From positions 32,445,967-32,509,966 of the forward strand of contig CM120640.1 of the NCBI GenBank assembly GCA_051362555.1: a stretch of 64,000 bases of DNA, written 5' to 3'. Source of the DNA: Lingula anatina (Eukaryota > Animalia > Brachiopoda). Made by a program: the position numbers and the translations under genes. The notes under the pieces were generated by a model. The model was not told the origin of the DNA. It saw nothing but the letters and a program-made list of their open reading frames with translations, and searched no databases. Numbering within the stretch: position 1 is the stretch's first letter; each line of letters begins with the position of its first letter. This document shows, in pieces, positions 27,979 to 41,162 of the stretch.

Positions 27979-30900
27979 TTAACGTTTAACACAGACTGGA
28001 CATCCCACATGAGATGAAAATGTGTTGTAACATCCAAGGCATAGATGATGTCCACATTCCTTTTTGAATTCAATATCCATTTCTTTATGACAGTAGCCAC
28101 AAGTACTGGATTTCTTCTTGTCAGTACGTCTCACAGCTCTTTCCCCACCAGCAAGTTTAGATTCCTGATGAAAGGCCTGGTGATGTTTAGAATGCAACAG
28201 TTGCCCAGATGATGCCAAATCTTGAGCCATGGCATCAAACTTTGCATCTGTTAATTCATATTTTGACCGGCCAGTTTCATCACCTCTCACATTTTGCCCA
28301 CCCTTACATTCTGGTTTGGGTTCAATGCAAAGATCAACTGATGACCCTTCTTTAGGATAGTTATCAATCATATTTTGTGACACATCACGGATATTATTAA
28401 AGTACTGGGAAAATGTGTTCTGAATGGAAAGTGTTCCTTCAGTGTCTAGGTTGACTACATGTATCTCTGTCAGAGGTCCTTCAAGTCCATACTGTCTGCT
28501 GTAGGTGTCAATAGCATGCATCAAGGCTCGTGTACAGATGTCCAATGGCATTCCAAAGATACCTGAACAGAAATAATACTGGATCATTATTAGATACTAC
28601 CAGTAGTTTATCATACATGTTATTGTACACATTATTTGCATTTAATATACAATACATATGTACATGTGAAGTTTAAATGAATGACATCAATAAATGGGGA
28701 ATATCTGAAATATCATGTTTGGTGGCATAAAAAAACTTACAAATGAAATTTTTCATGTTCTTACCAGAGCTAATAAGAGGTGTTGCCATGGTTTTTGCTT
28801 TCAACTTCTCCGATGCATATCTGAAACACTTTAAAAAGGTCATCATCAGGTCGTCTTCACACTCCTGCTCGTGATTTATATCCCATACTGGCCCTACAGC
28901 ATGAATGACAAACTCACACTTTAACATGCCACCAGCAGTGGTGTGCATGACATCCCCCATGGGCAAACAACCATACTCTTCTATGAACTCTGAACATTCC
29001 ATCTCCAAGCCTGGACCTGCTGCTCTAGATATGGCCCCAGCTACTCCACCACCATTCATGAGCTGAGAATTAGCAGCACTTACAATGACAGAAACACATT
29101 CCTGAATGATATCTCCCTCATACACCAGAAGATGAAGCCCCTGGTAAGTAATGTAATGTTCTTTGGGAGCTTTGGGAACTCCAGTCATCTCTTCCCTCAT
29201 AGAAAGATTGGTGTCTAACTGATCAGCTTCATGGGTTATTGCAGCTCCATCAACCTCTTGGTTGCTAGTGTGTCCACGATTCTTCTCAGAGGCTCGACCA
29301 TCACCATGCTCAGTTTCATTTCTTTCTTGTGAAAGCCGTTGTGGCATGGGATCTCTGTGCCTGCCAGCTTTCATTCCAACTGCTTCATACAGTCTGTGCT
29401 TTGCCAGAAAGACATCAGTTCTGTCACCAACAATATGCAGCCCTCCACTGATCTCTTTGATTAATGTTTTAGGATACTTCATTCTGAGATCCTCCACAAA
29501 TGTCTTTAACTTCTTCCCATCAACTGTTTTCGGGATTTCTATTTCTTCTTTCACACAAATAGAAAAACACTTCTGGTAGAGACAAGATATCTCCTCCATG
29601 GCCCTCTGTGCTTTTTTTGTCGTACTGCTCTGGTTTGGAACCACTCTAAACTGGAGGAATTCAGCAACATCCTCAATATCAAATTCAACATCATTTGCAT
29701 TTTTTATTTGGTCAAGTTCTTCCGAATGCAAATACTGTACAAAATCCCACAAATCTCTCTCCATCATGACGGGCTCCACGCCTTCAATGTTGGGTATGTC
29801 AAACTCCTGTGACTCTTGTTTATTTCTATGTACAACCATTTCTTTTCTCAAAGTATTTTGATTTGTTTCTTGGGATTTTGTTTTTGGTGTATCTTTCTGC
29901 CCTGGTACTATTTCCATACTTGTGTTTTTCATGGTTGCTCGATTGACTTGTGCAGTGCCTTGTTGCTGACCAAATGTAGCTGCTATCCTTCGTGACATCT
30001 GAGGTCTTTCTTTGACTGAAGACAATGAAGGTTCACCCTCTGTTTTGAAACATGATTTTGGTAACTGCTGATCTCTTCTTTGAGAAGTTTCTTTGTTATG
30101 TGTCTGGGCTTCAGAGGGTTCCGAGCTTGAATTAATTTCAAATTCTGTTGTAGTGATCTTCTCCACAAACAATGGGCTTTCTTTTTCTCTATTCCCATCA
30201 CTTAGAGTCGGGCCTGCAGACATGTCCTCAATGGTTGAAACGGTGTGGATTGTGCTTTCATCACTAGACTCTATTGGGCTGCTTTCTCTTGTATTGTCAG
30301 TGTTGCTTGACATTTGATCAGATACTATTGAAGTGACCTCCATATCAAATCTTTGTGTGAAGTCCGATGGCAAACTTGAAAACTGGTCTGATAAAATTGA
30401 CACGTGTGTGGCATAATCATCCCCATAGCCTGGGTGTCTGTTGCTTTGATTTTCTATCTGAGATACCTCTGAATGGCGAGCGGATGATGACTGGCTCTCT
30501 TGATCGGAAGGCTGAAACAAACTCTTCTGTAGAGTTTCTCTGTTCTTTCTTCCTTTGACATCACCTTGTGCTGTACCAAAGTCGCTTGCATTACTCTGGT
30601 ATTTAAAATCCATAGGAACTGATCGTATTGATTCTCTTTCTTCATCTACAGGAATTCTTGACTTTACTTGATGAAAGTGTCCAGTGGTAATTTTATGTGA
30701 TTGTGATGGGGGAGCTGAATGTTTATTTCTGTTTGTAGACAACCACTGTGAAACTTTGGGATCTGGCTTCCATTGCTTTAAGTACAGCCTTGGACTCTCT
30801 GGAAGAAGTGGATCAGTGTTACCCTTAGCATCTCTAGGGGAACCTAAAGAATGACTTCTACCTCTTAGTGTTAATGGAACCTTGGAAATGCTCAGAGGTG

Positions 30901-32193
30901 GATGTTCCCCTATAGGATGTATAACATCTCTGCCAGTCTCTTTGAAGATGTGGCTGCTGACTGGTACTTCTCCCAGTGATAAAGATCTGGTAACTGCTCC
31001 TGTATCAGTTGTTTTCAACTGGCTCTTTCTTCCTGGAGACTGGACATATTGCCTTGTAGGAACTGTTGTGGATTTGTTTCCAGGGGTTCTTGATGCTGGC
31101 TTGCTGGTGTAACTTCTGCCTTCAGCCTGAAGTCTTGTATTCAAATTTATGGAACTAACTGTGCAATGGTGTGTAGAAAGACGCTCTCCTGCTGAAGGCT
31201 CTGAGGTGGCCCTATGTCTGTGCATGGAGCTGCTTGAATGTGGTCTCCTGCGCTTTATTTGTGAAGCTGATACATGTGATTCTTGACCGACTTTCTGTTT
31301 GGAGAGCTGTGCCAACATGTTGTAAACCATTTGGATTTGTGGCCAAGTTGTAAGGATTCTAAACTGATCATCAGTTTCATTGTAGGTTACTGTGACTCCT
31401 GTTTCTGCTTTTAACTCCTGCAAAAACTCTTCTGTCATCAGTTCATGCATTTGGAAGTCAATGGTGACAAACAAATTATGGAACACCTGAAAAGCATATG
31501 ATAAATATCACAAAGTAAATCTACAGCCTTTGCAACCATGGTTCAATTGTAAGTTATGTGTAATAATAAACTAGTATAACCAAACACAGTGATACATGGA
31601 AAAATTAAATTAAAAAAAAAATGAATGCTAACAATAGCCTTAGTCTTGTAACTAAGCTTTATGCTTAGTTACAAGACTAAGGCTATTGTTAGCATTGATT
31701 TTTTTTTTAATTTAATTTTTAATTTTAATTTTTTTTCAATTTAATTGAGCAAGATTTTCTGAGATTTTTTTCAAAGAAATATATACCTGAGGGGTTTTAC
31801 TCAAAATTAATTTATGTCCCTTCAATTGTGCTCCTGCTTCAATGATGCTCTCTATTTGCAGATCTGAAAATAGATATGCAGGTATTTTCATTAAAGGACA
31901 ATATGATAATGACACAATTAAGAAAGGAGAAAAATACTGAAACAACCTGCTTTAAATATTGATACAATGCTTTCATTCCAAAGCCATGTTTATAGCTAGA
32001 GAACAGAAAAAATACCTTGAAAAGAACAATCAAGTATGACGACTGCTTCTCCTGGCTCAATGGGATACAGCACATGTTTAACTGGATATCCAAGTTCCTC
32101 AGTAAAATAAGAAAACAGTTCTCCACGTGTAGCTTCTGTTGGGATGTTTGACACAGACAAGTGCAGAGTTTGTCCACGATCATCTAGATCCAT
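27979..32193 (-). CDS. Macrodomain-RING protein, tandem paralogue of the Deltex-like gene, lacking DTC (~1186 aa)
   Basis: Exons 32193-32016, 31863-31787, 31486-28765 and 28562-27979 are in frame (3561 nt) with the same intron phases (1,0,1) as the neighbour. RRM-like N-terminus and KH-like segments. Macro: GDI, SAAN, GGGVAGAI, IHAVGP, PLISSGIFG. Terminal C3HC4 RING CGYC..CGH.LC..C..CPVC then stop. Confidence 0.9.
31600..31720. repeat. Near-perfect palindrome (~58-bp arms, 5-nt loop) in a 300-nt intron
   Basis: AATGCTAACAATAGCCTTAGTCTTGTAACTAAGC-TTTAT-GCTTAGTTACAAGACTAAGGCTATTGTTAGCATT with A/T-rich extensions. Confidence 0.95.
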
Positions 32194-32406
32194 ATTGCCA
32201 GTCGAGTTGCCTTAAAATCTGCATGAAATAGAAACTTAGCTGTTCAAAATTCATAATACTACCATTAATTATATACGTGTATCCTTAATTTTTGTATCAC
32301 ATGTTAAATCTCTAATGAGCAACAGCAGTTATTCGACCATGCTCAAACAGGAGCATCTTACAGGACTTGAATTACAAATGGAAGTCTTATCAGCCGTCTT
32401 ATTTCT

Positions 32407-32481
32407 AAAGTGAAAGTACATGCACGCCTGGGTATCTACACTAAAATGACGAAATTTAATCGTTATTCTGTTTCACTTTCC
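32407..32481. promoter_or_regulatory. Two ISRE/IRF-E-type sites in the predicted first intron of the Macro-RING gene
   Basis: AAAGTGAAAGT (32407-32417) and GTTTCACTTTCC (32470-32481); predicted donor CAG|gtgag at 32504 (minus). Confidence 0.62.
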
Positions 32482-32636
32482 TTTTAAACAGCTTCATTCT
32501 CACCTGCCAATGTTATAAATGCCTTATTTCTGCAATGAGGCAACACAAAAGACCAAATTCTGGTATTAAATTGAACTAAGAAATTGGAAATTTTGTTTTG
32601 GAAACATCGAACATTGTACCCGAAGCCATTTTTCTA

Positions 32637-32647
32637 GGGGATTCCCC
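32637..32647. promoter_or_regulatory. NF-kB/Rel-type site upstream of the Macro-RING gene
   Basis: GGGGATTCCCC, a classical near-palindromic kB site. Confidence 0.65.
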
Positions 32648-33702
32648 GTGACCTAGTTTAGGAATGAGATCCCTCGTCAACCCAAGTCAAATTTTGTAGA
32701 TTTAAAATGAGATTTTTAAAGCCACCATGTATATATTTTTAGAAGCCAATATACTTCTAATAAAAATATGTTCGATTTAAAATAAATATCATTAATTTTT
32801 CACGCTAATACAGCCAACGCAATCAGTAGACTTAGTCGCAGCTGACACAATAACGTTGGATCTATCAGTCGCAGTTGTCAATGATGATTTTTTTGTCGTA
32901 AATTTACGCAGTGACATAATAGAGGGATACTATCTCAAATGAACAAAATATCCAATGAAATGGTTTATAATTAGTGAACTTTCACCCTCTTTGTTGAACA
33001 TTACACGGCTTTCAAAATTTTTCCTAATTTCAGTTACGCGCCTATATTTGCATCAGTCATGATCGATATTCAAGGTCAAAGTAAATAGTGCGTTGTGTAA
33101 GGATTTCACTTTTCCATAATTTTAACAAGAGTGTTTCACATCATACAGCTATTTCATTAAGTGAAGTATTTTATATTTATTATAATATTTGATAACAAAT
33201 GCAAAAGGCAGCAAGAATAGAGATTTTTTTCGCAATAGTATAGTACTATTTCTTTGCGGATTAAGTTCCGCTTCCGCATTGACAACATTTGTGTCTTCTT
33301 GGTCAATTTTATTTGATGTTGGCCAATTTTTCTTCAGGATTAAGAAGGTAGGAAAACGATCAGACTTCCAAAAAGCACTTTTTGCTTAAATTGTTAGTCG
33401 GCCAATATATATGTTCCAGTTAATGTAGAGTTTGTTGTACAGGAGAGGACTTATATACATGTATAGTGGGAGGGCACCGGCCCATCGATTAGACTCAGAT
33501 CTCTCAGCTGACACCTAGCTTTGGGCCTCTTTTTAATGAGATCAGTCTTCTTCTTCAGTCTTAATAGAGCTGGGCTGTATTGTAAATTACAGAGACAGGT
33601 TAAGCTTTGAAGTCAACTAATTAAGATTTTGAATCATGGGATGCACTCTTTGCTCCATTATTTTGGGTTTATTCTCTTGGAAGGTGGGCCCCATTTGTTT
33701 AT

Positions 33703-33712
33703 CCGCCATCTT
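33703..33712 (+). promoter_or_regulatory. YY1-type motif near the probable KIAA0232 transcription start
   Basis: CCGCCATCTT, with a candidate donor G|gtacg at ~33791. Confidence 0.45.
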
Positions 33713-35065
33713 CGTTTACGTTTTAGTGACATTCACGGTAATTTGGCAGAGGAAGTTTATCTGCCCCGATATTACTTATCAATATAGACGGTACGAGGGA
33801 ATGCATTAAGTGTAACATTAATGCTTTAAATGATTTCTACTAAATTTATTTGTTTGAATGCTTTATTTTGATGAAGGATTTAATTTTGCTTTTTCTCGAT
33901 TGTATCAAAATAAAGCTAGTTTTGTGATTATTAGTCACATAATGTTTTAAGTGTGTCATATGTATGTGTTATAAAAATAATATTGAAAGGTGGGGGGTTC
34001 TACTGTCTATGGTGACATGAATTTTGTAAATGAGCTTTATAAGCAAATTTCTATACAGACTATTACAGTGCAAAGAGTGAATAAAATGACATTTAGCATA
34101 TCATAATAACAACAAAATTTGCCTGTGTGCAGCAGGTGACACCAGTAATTTGCTTTCCATTTTAAAAGCTAGCTTCTACTCATTAAGATGCATGTTTGTA
34201 GAAGTCTAAGGGCCTCTCCAATCAATTTGATGCAGCAAATATCATTGATCTCACTGTTTCCATTGCAGTTCTACTGTATGCTTTTATTTATAAACTGATA
34301 TGATCAGATTAATGGACACCATTTTATATAAAGTATAACAAGTTAATGATAATTCATTGAAAGTTACCTTGAAAAATTGGGCTGGATGCTTTACACTGGA
34401 TGTTTCTAAAATGTGGTGCTTATTTGGTAACAGTCTTCCAGTGCATACTTTAAAAAGTTAATAGATCATCTGGTCATTCAGCTGTTTGAAGTATTTGATA
34501 AATTGACCATAGCAATTATGTTTACATGAAAGTAGCTGGTGGAAGTGAGGTGTGGCATTCAGTAAGATGAAATATAGAGTGTAAAAGATAAAAATTAAAA
34601 TACTTGTAGAATTCAATAAAGTGCAGATTTTTGTTATTTTCATTACAGAAAACCCAACAATACACCTTCCACCATGTGGATGAAGTGTGTGAATCAACTG
34701 GGCAGTCAGCTTAGGAAGTATCAGCGCTGCAGCTTAAAATAGATCCACTGCACACTTGTATAATGGCAGCCTAAAAACACCTCTTGGCAGGTCTCTCTTG
34801 GAGGATAGAGGCATTGTTCATATGATTGACCTAAACCTGAAATGATACAGCCAAAAAGAAGTGATGCAGAATAAGTATAACACCCATCTATTTCATGTCC
34901 AAGATCGGGCTTTGGCCAGTACAAATCCAGCAACCAGCTCGTTATGTTGAATAATCACTGCTTTTCTTGAAGACATGGGAATCAGCCATCATAATAGGTT
35001 GGCCAACTATTGAGGCTCAAGGAGCCACAGGAGGAAGAGGTGAGGGACTCTGTGGTCTTGAGACA

Positions 35066-38000
35066 ATGTCTCGAGAAGCCAGCATGTCCACTTCTGTACA
35101 GAGTTGGCTCGGCCACGAGTTGGAGGTGCGGGGCATTGATGCTATGATCTACACTCGATACATCCTGAGTATCCTACAGCAGGACAGTGTTGAAGTAGAT
35201 TACCAAGACCCATTTCATTCTCCAAAGAAACGAGAACCAGTCCCCAGTGTTCGGAAGCCTAAAAGCAAGACCAAGAAGGTAGATAAGAAGTCTGACAAGC
35301 GTAAGTCGGTGGAAGTGGACCCAGACCAAGTGAAGAAAAGTGCTGCAGTTGAATGCTTACTGTCAGTGACAGATCAAGTAAGTTGAGTGGGCTGCAAGGT
35401 TATTGATTTACATTTTATACACCTGGGTTTTACTGAGTTAATTTTAGTATTACAATCATTTTTATTTATTTCTAAAGAAGTTGATCAAAGAGTTAGATTT
35501 GATGTGGTCCAGTCACCTTTTGACCACCATGTTGACCTACAAACCTACCATCATTCAGGTCATCCATTGAAAACCTATACTAGCCCAGACATCAGTGGCA
35601 TGCTACTATTAATATATTTGTGTACAGCTTGACTTTTAAAATGACAAATTTAAGATAAAATACTTAAAAAGGACTAACTGGATTAAAACTGAATTCCCAA
35701 TCCCACCAAGTAGTATTGTGTAGCTGGGGCAGGTTCTTGATTTCTTTGTTCTGGTATCTGATAACAAATTATGGGGTGCTAGATAATGGTATGATATTTC
35801 TAAGTGATGGACAGCTCTCCTGCTTTTGACATGATTAACATCTGTTGTTCTGTCACTGTGAGGTCATATTGACCATAATTAAGAATAGCTGTAAATCCAT
35901 TATCAAACAAATTACTTCCTTTTTCTATGTACAGTTATCAACCTGGCTGTCAGAGACGTAATATTAAAAGGCTATAAGTGTCACAAGCATCCTGACTTGT
36001 TTCTTTTGAAGGAAAACAAAAACTTTAAATCAACAATGGGGCTGCTTGTATTTGTGCATATGTATATTAATACATTTAACTATAGATGTAAAAAGATTGC
36101 TTGGATAGCTTGTTTTATTATTATTTTAGGGTGCTCTTTTTCTATATATTGATGTATGTGGATACTGGCTTTACAGCATCAAAAGGATTTTAAGAAGTTG
36201 AAAAAAAAAGAATAAACAAGCTTTCAGAACAACTAAATTCATCAGTCATTTATATGCAAGTGCTGTGTCTCAGTCAGTACATTTAACAGATGGCATTATC
36301 CTTCTTTTTTTTTTTTTTGTGAAAAGCACATATTGTGATGACATCATATTAAGTGGAACAAAATCTGAATATATTAATCTGTTATTCAGTTTGCAACAGA
36401 ACTGACTTGACATGTTGGTTCAATGATTGATATTAGGAGGGATGTGACTAGTATTTGAGGCAGCCTTTTATCCAAATCATATAAAAAGTTTTATACAAAC
36501 TAAGTACTCGCAGTGTTTTGAAAATAAAACATCTCAGTTGATCAGTCAGAATTGGTTAAAATTTCCTCATATATTATGAAATGGTGTTTTTTTAGTCCTC
36601 GAAAATCATCTTTTACTGTCTTCTTTTAAGTCAAGGATTTTTGATTTGTTTATCTTAAGATTTATCAAAGTGTATCCTTCAAAAGTGATATATATATTAC
36701 ACCTGGATTTTTGTAAGAAGCCATTGATGGAAGAAACAGAAACTATTGCTTAATCAATTTCCATGGGTGTTGATATGTTGGCAAAAGAGCCTACATTTAG
36801 ACTTGCTTATCTGAGTTAGAGTAGACTGAGGGAAGTTGGATTAGTTATTTGATGGGTGAAAATAAATCCAAGCACTGAAGGAAAAATAATGCATGTTCCT
36901 TGCATAGGATATATTTATAAAACACTGTTTTGATAACTTTTTGAGGTTTGTTGACATTACATGATACTCTTATGATTTACGTTTGATGTTGTGAGTTTAA
37001 AAGGAGGTGATATCTAGTAGGAAGAAAAACGGTTTTTCTCATTTAGGAATTGGAAACGTTGATCATCCTTTGCTTAGTTCAGAAAGAAACAAGACTTCTC
37101 TTGTGAAATTGAATATATATGTATTACTGTAAGTGCAAACTAAGGAACTTCTGGAAGGCATGTTTAGAGTATAAAAATGTATATTACATCTCCAATTGTA
37201 AAAGAAATCTACAGGTTCATAGTTGCACCTAATTTTTAAGTCTCTTCCCCCCCCCTCTCCCAAATACAGAGGAGTAATCTAGACTTGGGTTGACTATCTG
37301 TCCATCCCTGGGTGCAGTCTTGTCTTGCCTTGTCTTACAATTTTTCAGTCATTACCCTCATACAGGCCTTCACATACAGTTGTGCATATGAAAAAATCTG
37401 TTGGTAGGTTAGCATTGTGCAATTTTGTACATTCAGTTCAATATCTTTTTCAATATGAAACATCTACTAGTAGTTGTGCCCCTAGGTATTTATGTAAAGA
37501 ACATGGAATCTAGGTAAATTATTCTCAGAACCAATATGTATTTGTGCATACATATGTTTTTCATTTCCCATTTATAGATAGCAAAGGGGGGGGGGATAAT
37601 CTGCTTTCAGTGATAATGCTGACTTTATTTGATGTTCTAGTTAATAACCTTGCGCAGTGGGTTAGTTCAGTATCTAAGCTGATAAATTTCCGTGGTTCTT
37701 ATTTGATCCTATCTCTGAATCTGGTTTAGTTTTTGATTGCCAAGAAAGCATTACCAATAATACATATAAATGGATTCTTCATAGTGCTAAAAGTTGAGAT
37801 GTGATTGTACAGGAAGCTGAATAGCATTAGGTAATTTTTACAAATTTTGCCAAAGAAAGAAAGAAAAAGGTAGAAGGAAGTGACTGAATAAAGTTAACAG
37901 GGATACTTGTCCCCAAGAGTCACACAGGTATCAAGGGCAGGCCTTGTCACTTGTCTTTTGTAAAATGCCATCATGTTTGATAGATGGAGCAACACCTCCT

Positions 38001-41000
38001 GCTTGACCTCAGATCAGCTACACTGGGCGAGAAGATGAATGATCTAGTTGTCAGGTGACTGGCAGTATTCAGGTTTATGCTTTAGCAATGGCTTTAATTG
38101 AAGGGGGCCTGTCAACCTATATTTCTTAGGCCCCATTCCAATAGACACTTTTAGTCTATGTAGATCAATCCAACTTTGCGGAGACTCTTGCTAAGAGCAA
38201 TCAGCTTAATTGAATGACAGGCTTCTTCCTAGCGTTTAGTAAGATACAGAAAAGCTGGTGATTATAAGGCTTCGTTCACATGGAAAGTCTATTTTCTAAA
38301 AATCTATTTTCTATTTGCGGTATCTTATGATCACGGTCTGTGCCCTGAATATCCCGCGGCGTAATTACTGACAGTGCGAGCCAGTTACTTATAGTAACTT
38401 ATAGTAACTGGCTCGCGCTGCCAGTAATTATGCCACGGGACATTCAGGGCACAGACCGTGATCACAAGATATACCGCGAATAGAAAATAGATTTTTAGAA
38501 AATAGACTTTCCATGTGAACGAAGCCTAAGAGTATGTTGGAAACAAGAGGAGGAGCATCATTCAGTTTAGCTGATTGCACTCAGCAAGAGTCCCCGCAGA
38601 GTAGGGTCAATTTACTTAGACTGATGGTTTCTATGGGAATGGGGTCTAAGGTTTGAAGAATGCTCTGTCGCAGTTGAAGCACTGCACCTGTAATGAAGCA
38701 CTGAAACCACATTACACAACAGACCCAGAGGCTGAAATAACACTGGAAATCAATAAAATGTGTTTTAAGAAATTGGAATGTTTCAAAGAGGGGATCTTTC
38801 TAGAAATGTTCATAATTTACAAAAAATATAAATAATAATAATTAAGTTAGATAGTACATGAATGAACTATGCACTGCTTTCAAAGAAAATTAATATGTAA
38901 AGTATTTCTTTTTGTAGTCTGAATTGATATGGATTTATATATTATTTAAATGGAGTCCCTGATTCTTTATATTTTGACGTGCTCTGTTGTGAGAAAGTGA
39001 TCTTTAAATCCAGAGTTGACAACTTGATGCGTTTATGTATATCCTGCAGAAAAGGACTTACTTCTGTTGTTTACAGGTGTTATTCTAGTGTTTATATGAC
39101 ATTAGACAAAAGAGCTACTCAGTTTGAGCTCTGTCACATTGTCAGATCATGTAACAAGAGAAATAAAATTGAGCACTGCCACTCTGTAAATATTATTATT
39201 CTGCTTAGTTATCTAGATCCGTATGTGTTGTATTTACATGCAATCAATCAGTGTCAGGCTTCAAGCTGGCATAAGTATGTTGCCAGTGGATATAGGGCTT
39301 TTTTATTCATTTTATTTATAATTTTCATCACAAAGTGTGCTGGAATTTCTTACCTACATATATTTATTTCTTCAGAACAGACTTGGCAAGAGTCATTAAA
39401 TAAATGAATCAGTTGTGATAAATTTGAAATATCATATGAATTTTGTCTTTTTTTTTTTTTTTGTAACTTTAAAATATTTTTTCTTTTTCAGGATTCAGAC
39501 ATTGAGAATCTCATTGAAGAGTTATGCGTCAAACTGAAGCAACAGTCCTCACTGAAAAAAGGTATGTTTATATTGTGATAGCATACCATCTTGTGACCTT
39601 AGTAGTACACTGCTGTGAAGGAAGTATATGCCTAGCCCACATGCTGCAAATATTGATTGCCCCATATTGAAGTCTGAAAAAATCAATTCTACATATGATG
39701 GTGATACCAAAGCCTTTTATTGCACTGGAGCAGTAATAAATGATTTTAAGTTGTAGTGGGGTGATATGTCTCATAACTTATAGTATATAGGAGATTCCTA
39801 TAGCAAATGGTGGGTAATTGTGTCCTGTGCAATATCTTGTCATTTTATGTTGTCAGATAGTTTTTTTAAACAAAGTTGGTTAACCTTACTGACTTACTGT
39901 GGCTTTTTGTCTTTTAACCTGTCCAGCTTCTGTGCTTAATAAGCAAAGGCCAATACTATACCATATACTTCCTTCACATAATTTGGGTGCATGATATTCA
40001 CATGACTGTTGGCAAAGGAAATGTCATACAGGTTATCATAATCCAAAGATGTTCAATAAACAATGAAGATTTGATAGTGCATTGTTCTTGAAGAGAATTT
40101 ACTTGGGTGTTTTGGGGGGGGGGGCAAATGCACTTTTAGATCAATTTGTGCTGCAGAGCACACTGCGTAGAGCATCTGCATAGGCAATTAGCAGTACATT
40201 CAGAAGGTATGCTTTTTGCATTAGGGTAATGATGCATGTGCATATCACGAATTTCACAATGTGATAATTATCCATTTTGGGCTTCCTGTTACTATACATT
40301 GTTCTGTAGGAGATAGCAGTGTTGATAACAGTAGTCTGTATGAAGTACCCATCTAACAGGAACTCAAACTAGTATCATAGACTGTGAATATCTATATGGT
40401 TCTTGAGTGCACCCTCAAGGTGTATACCAGTATAAAGGTCAGGAAGACTGGGTGATCAATTATATATTATGCCTGTGCCTTAAATACACCTGACAGTGTG
40501 TTTGTGTGTCTACACGATACTGTGTTATGCTAGCAGCTTGTGTTCTTATAGGCATCTTGGAATTTTTAAACTTTTTATGGATTCGTGCTTTTCCATTCTT
40601 TTTTTTCTTTGACAAAGTTGGTTATCAGTGATGTAAATATTCCATATATCAGAATTTTTCCTCTCATGCAAATCTTTCAGTTTTATTCGATTTATCAACT
40701 GTGGTACAGAATTAAGTCAGTACTGTAAGTTTTATGAAGAATGTTGAATAGGTTTAACACTTGTAGTAAGTGAATTTTTTGCTAATGCAGAAAAGAGCTC
40801 TCAAATTGAAATATTCTTGATGCAAGTATCAGCTTAATTGAGTCTTATTTTTTCTTTAAGTAGCTTCGTTGCTGTTAGCTTTTAGACTTGTTTTTCTGAT
40901 CTCAACCAGACATGAAAAGAGAATCTAAGCCTGTGCAGTTATCAGTTTTGACTATAACGATTGCAGGCCTAACATCCCCAGGTGCAGAACAATTTTTATT

Positions 41001-41131
41001 TAACTCTTGCCAAGTTGAAAATGTGGGCCTGAAGTCATGCTTAAAGTAACCGTAGGTTGTACTGGGTGTACGGGTTTGTTACAGTACTTCCTGATAACAG
41101 AAATGCAAGTATTTTATGTTACAACCCCCCC

Positions 41132-41162
<31 letters not shown>

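Noticed and set aside
29262-31112. Plus-strand ORFs opposite the large exon (also 16406-16865, 22553-24238 and minus-strand ORFs in 45595-48748)
   Set aside because: Antisense shadows of long coding exons with no recognisable domains
32225-32236. ISRE-like GAAATAGAAACT
   Set aside because: It coincides with the polypyrimidine tract of the acceptor at 32218, so a chance match is likely
32716-33423. Possible TTAA-flanked element in the divergent promoter
   Set aside because: Terminal inverted match is too weak to call
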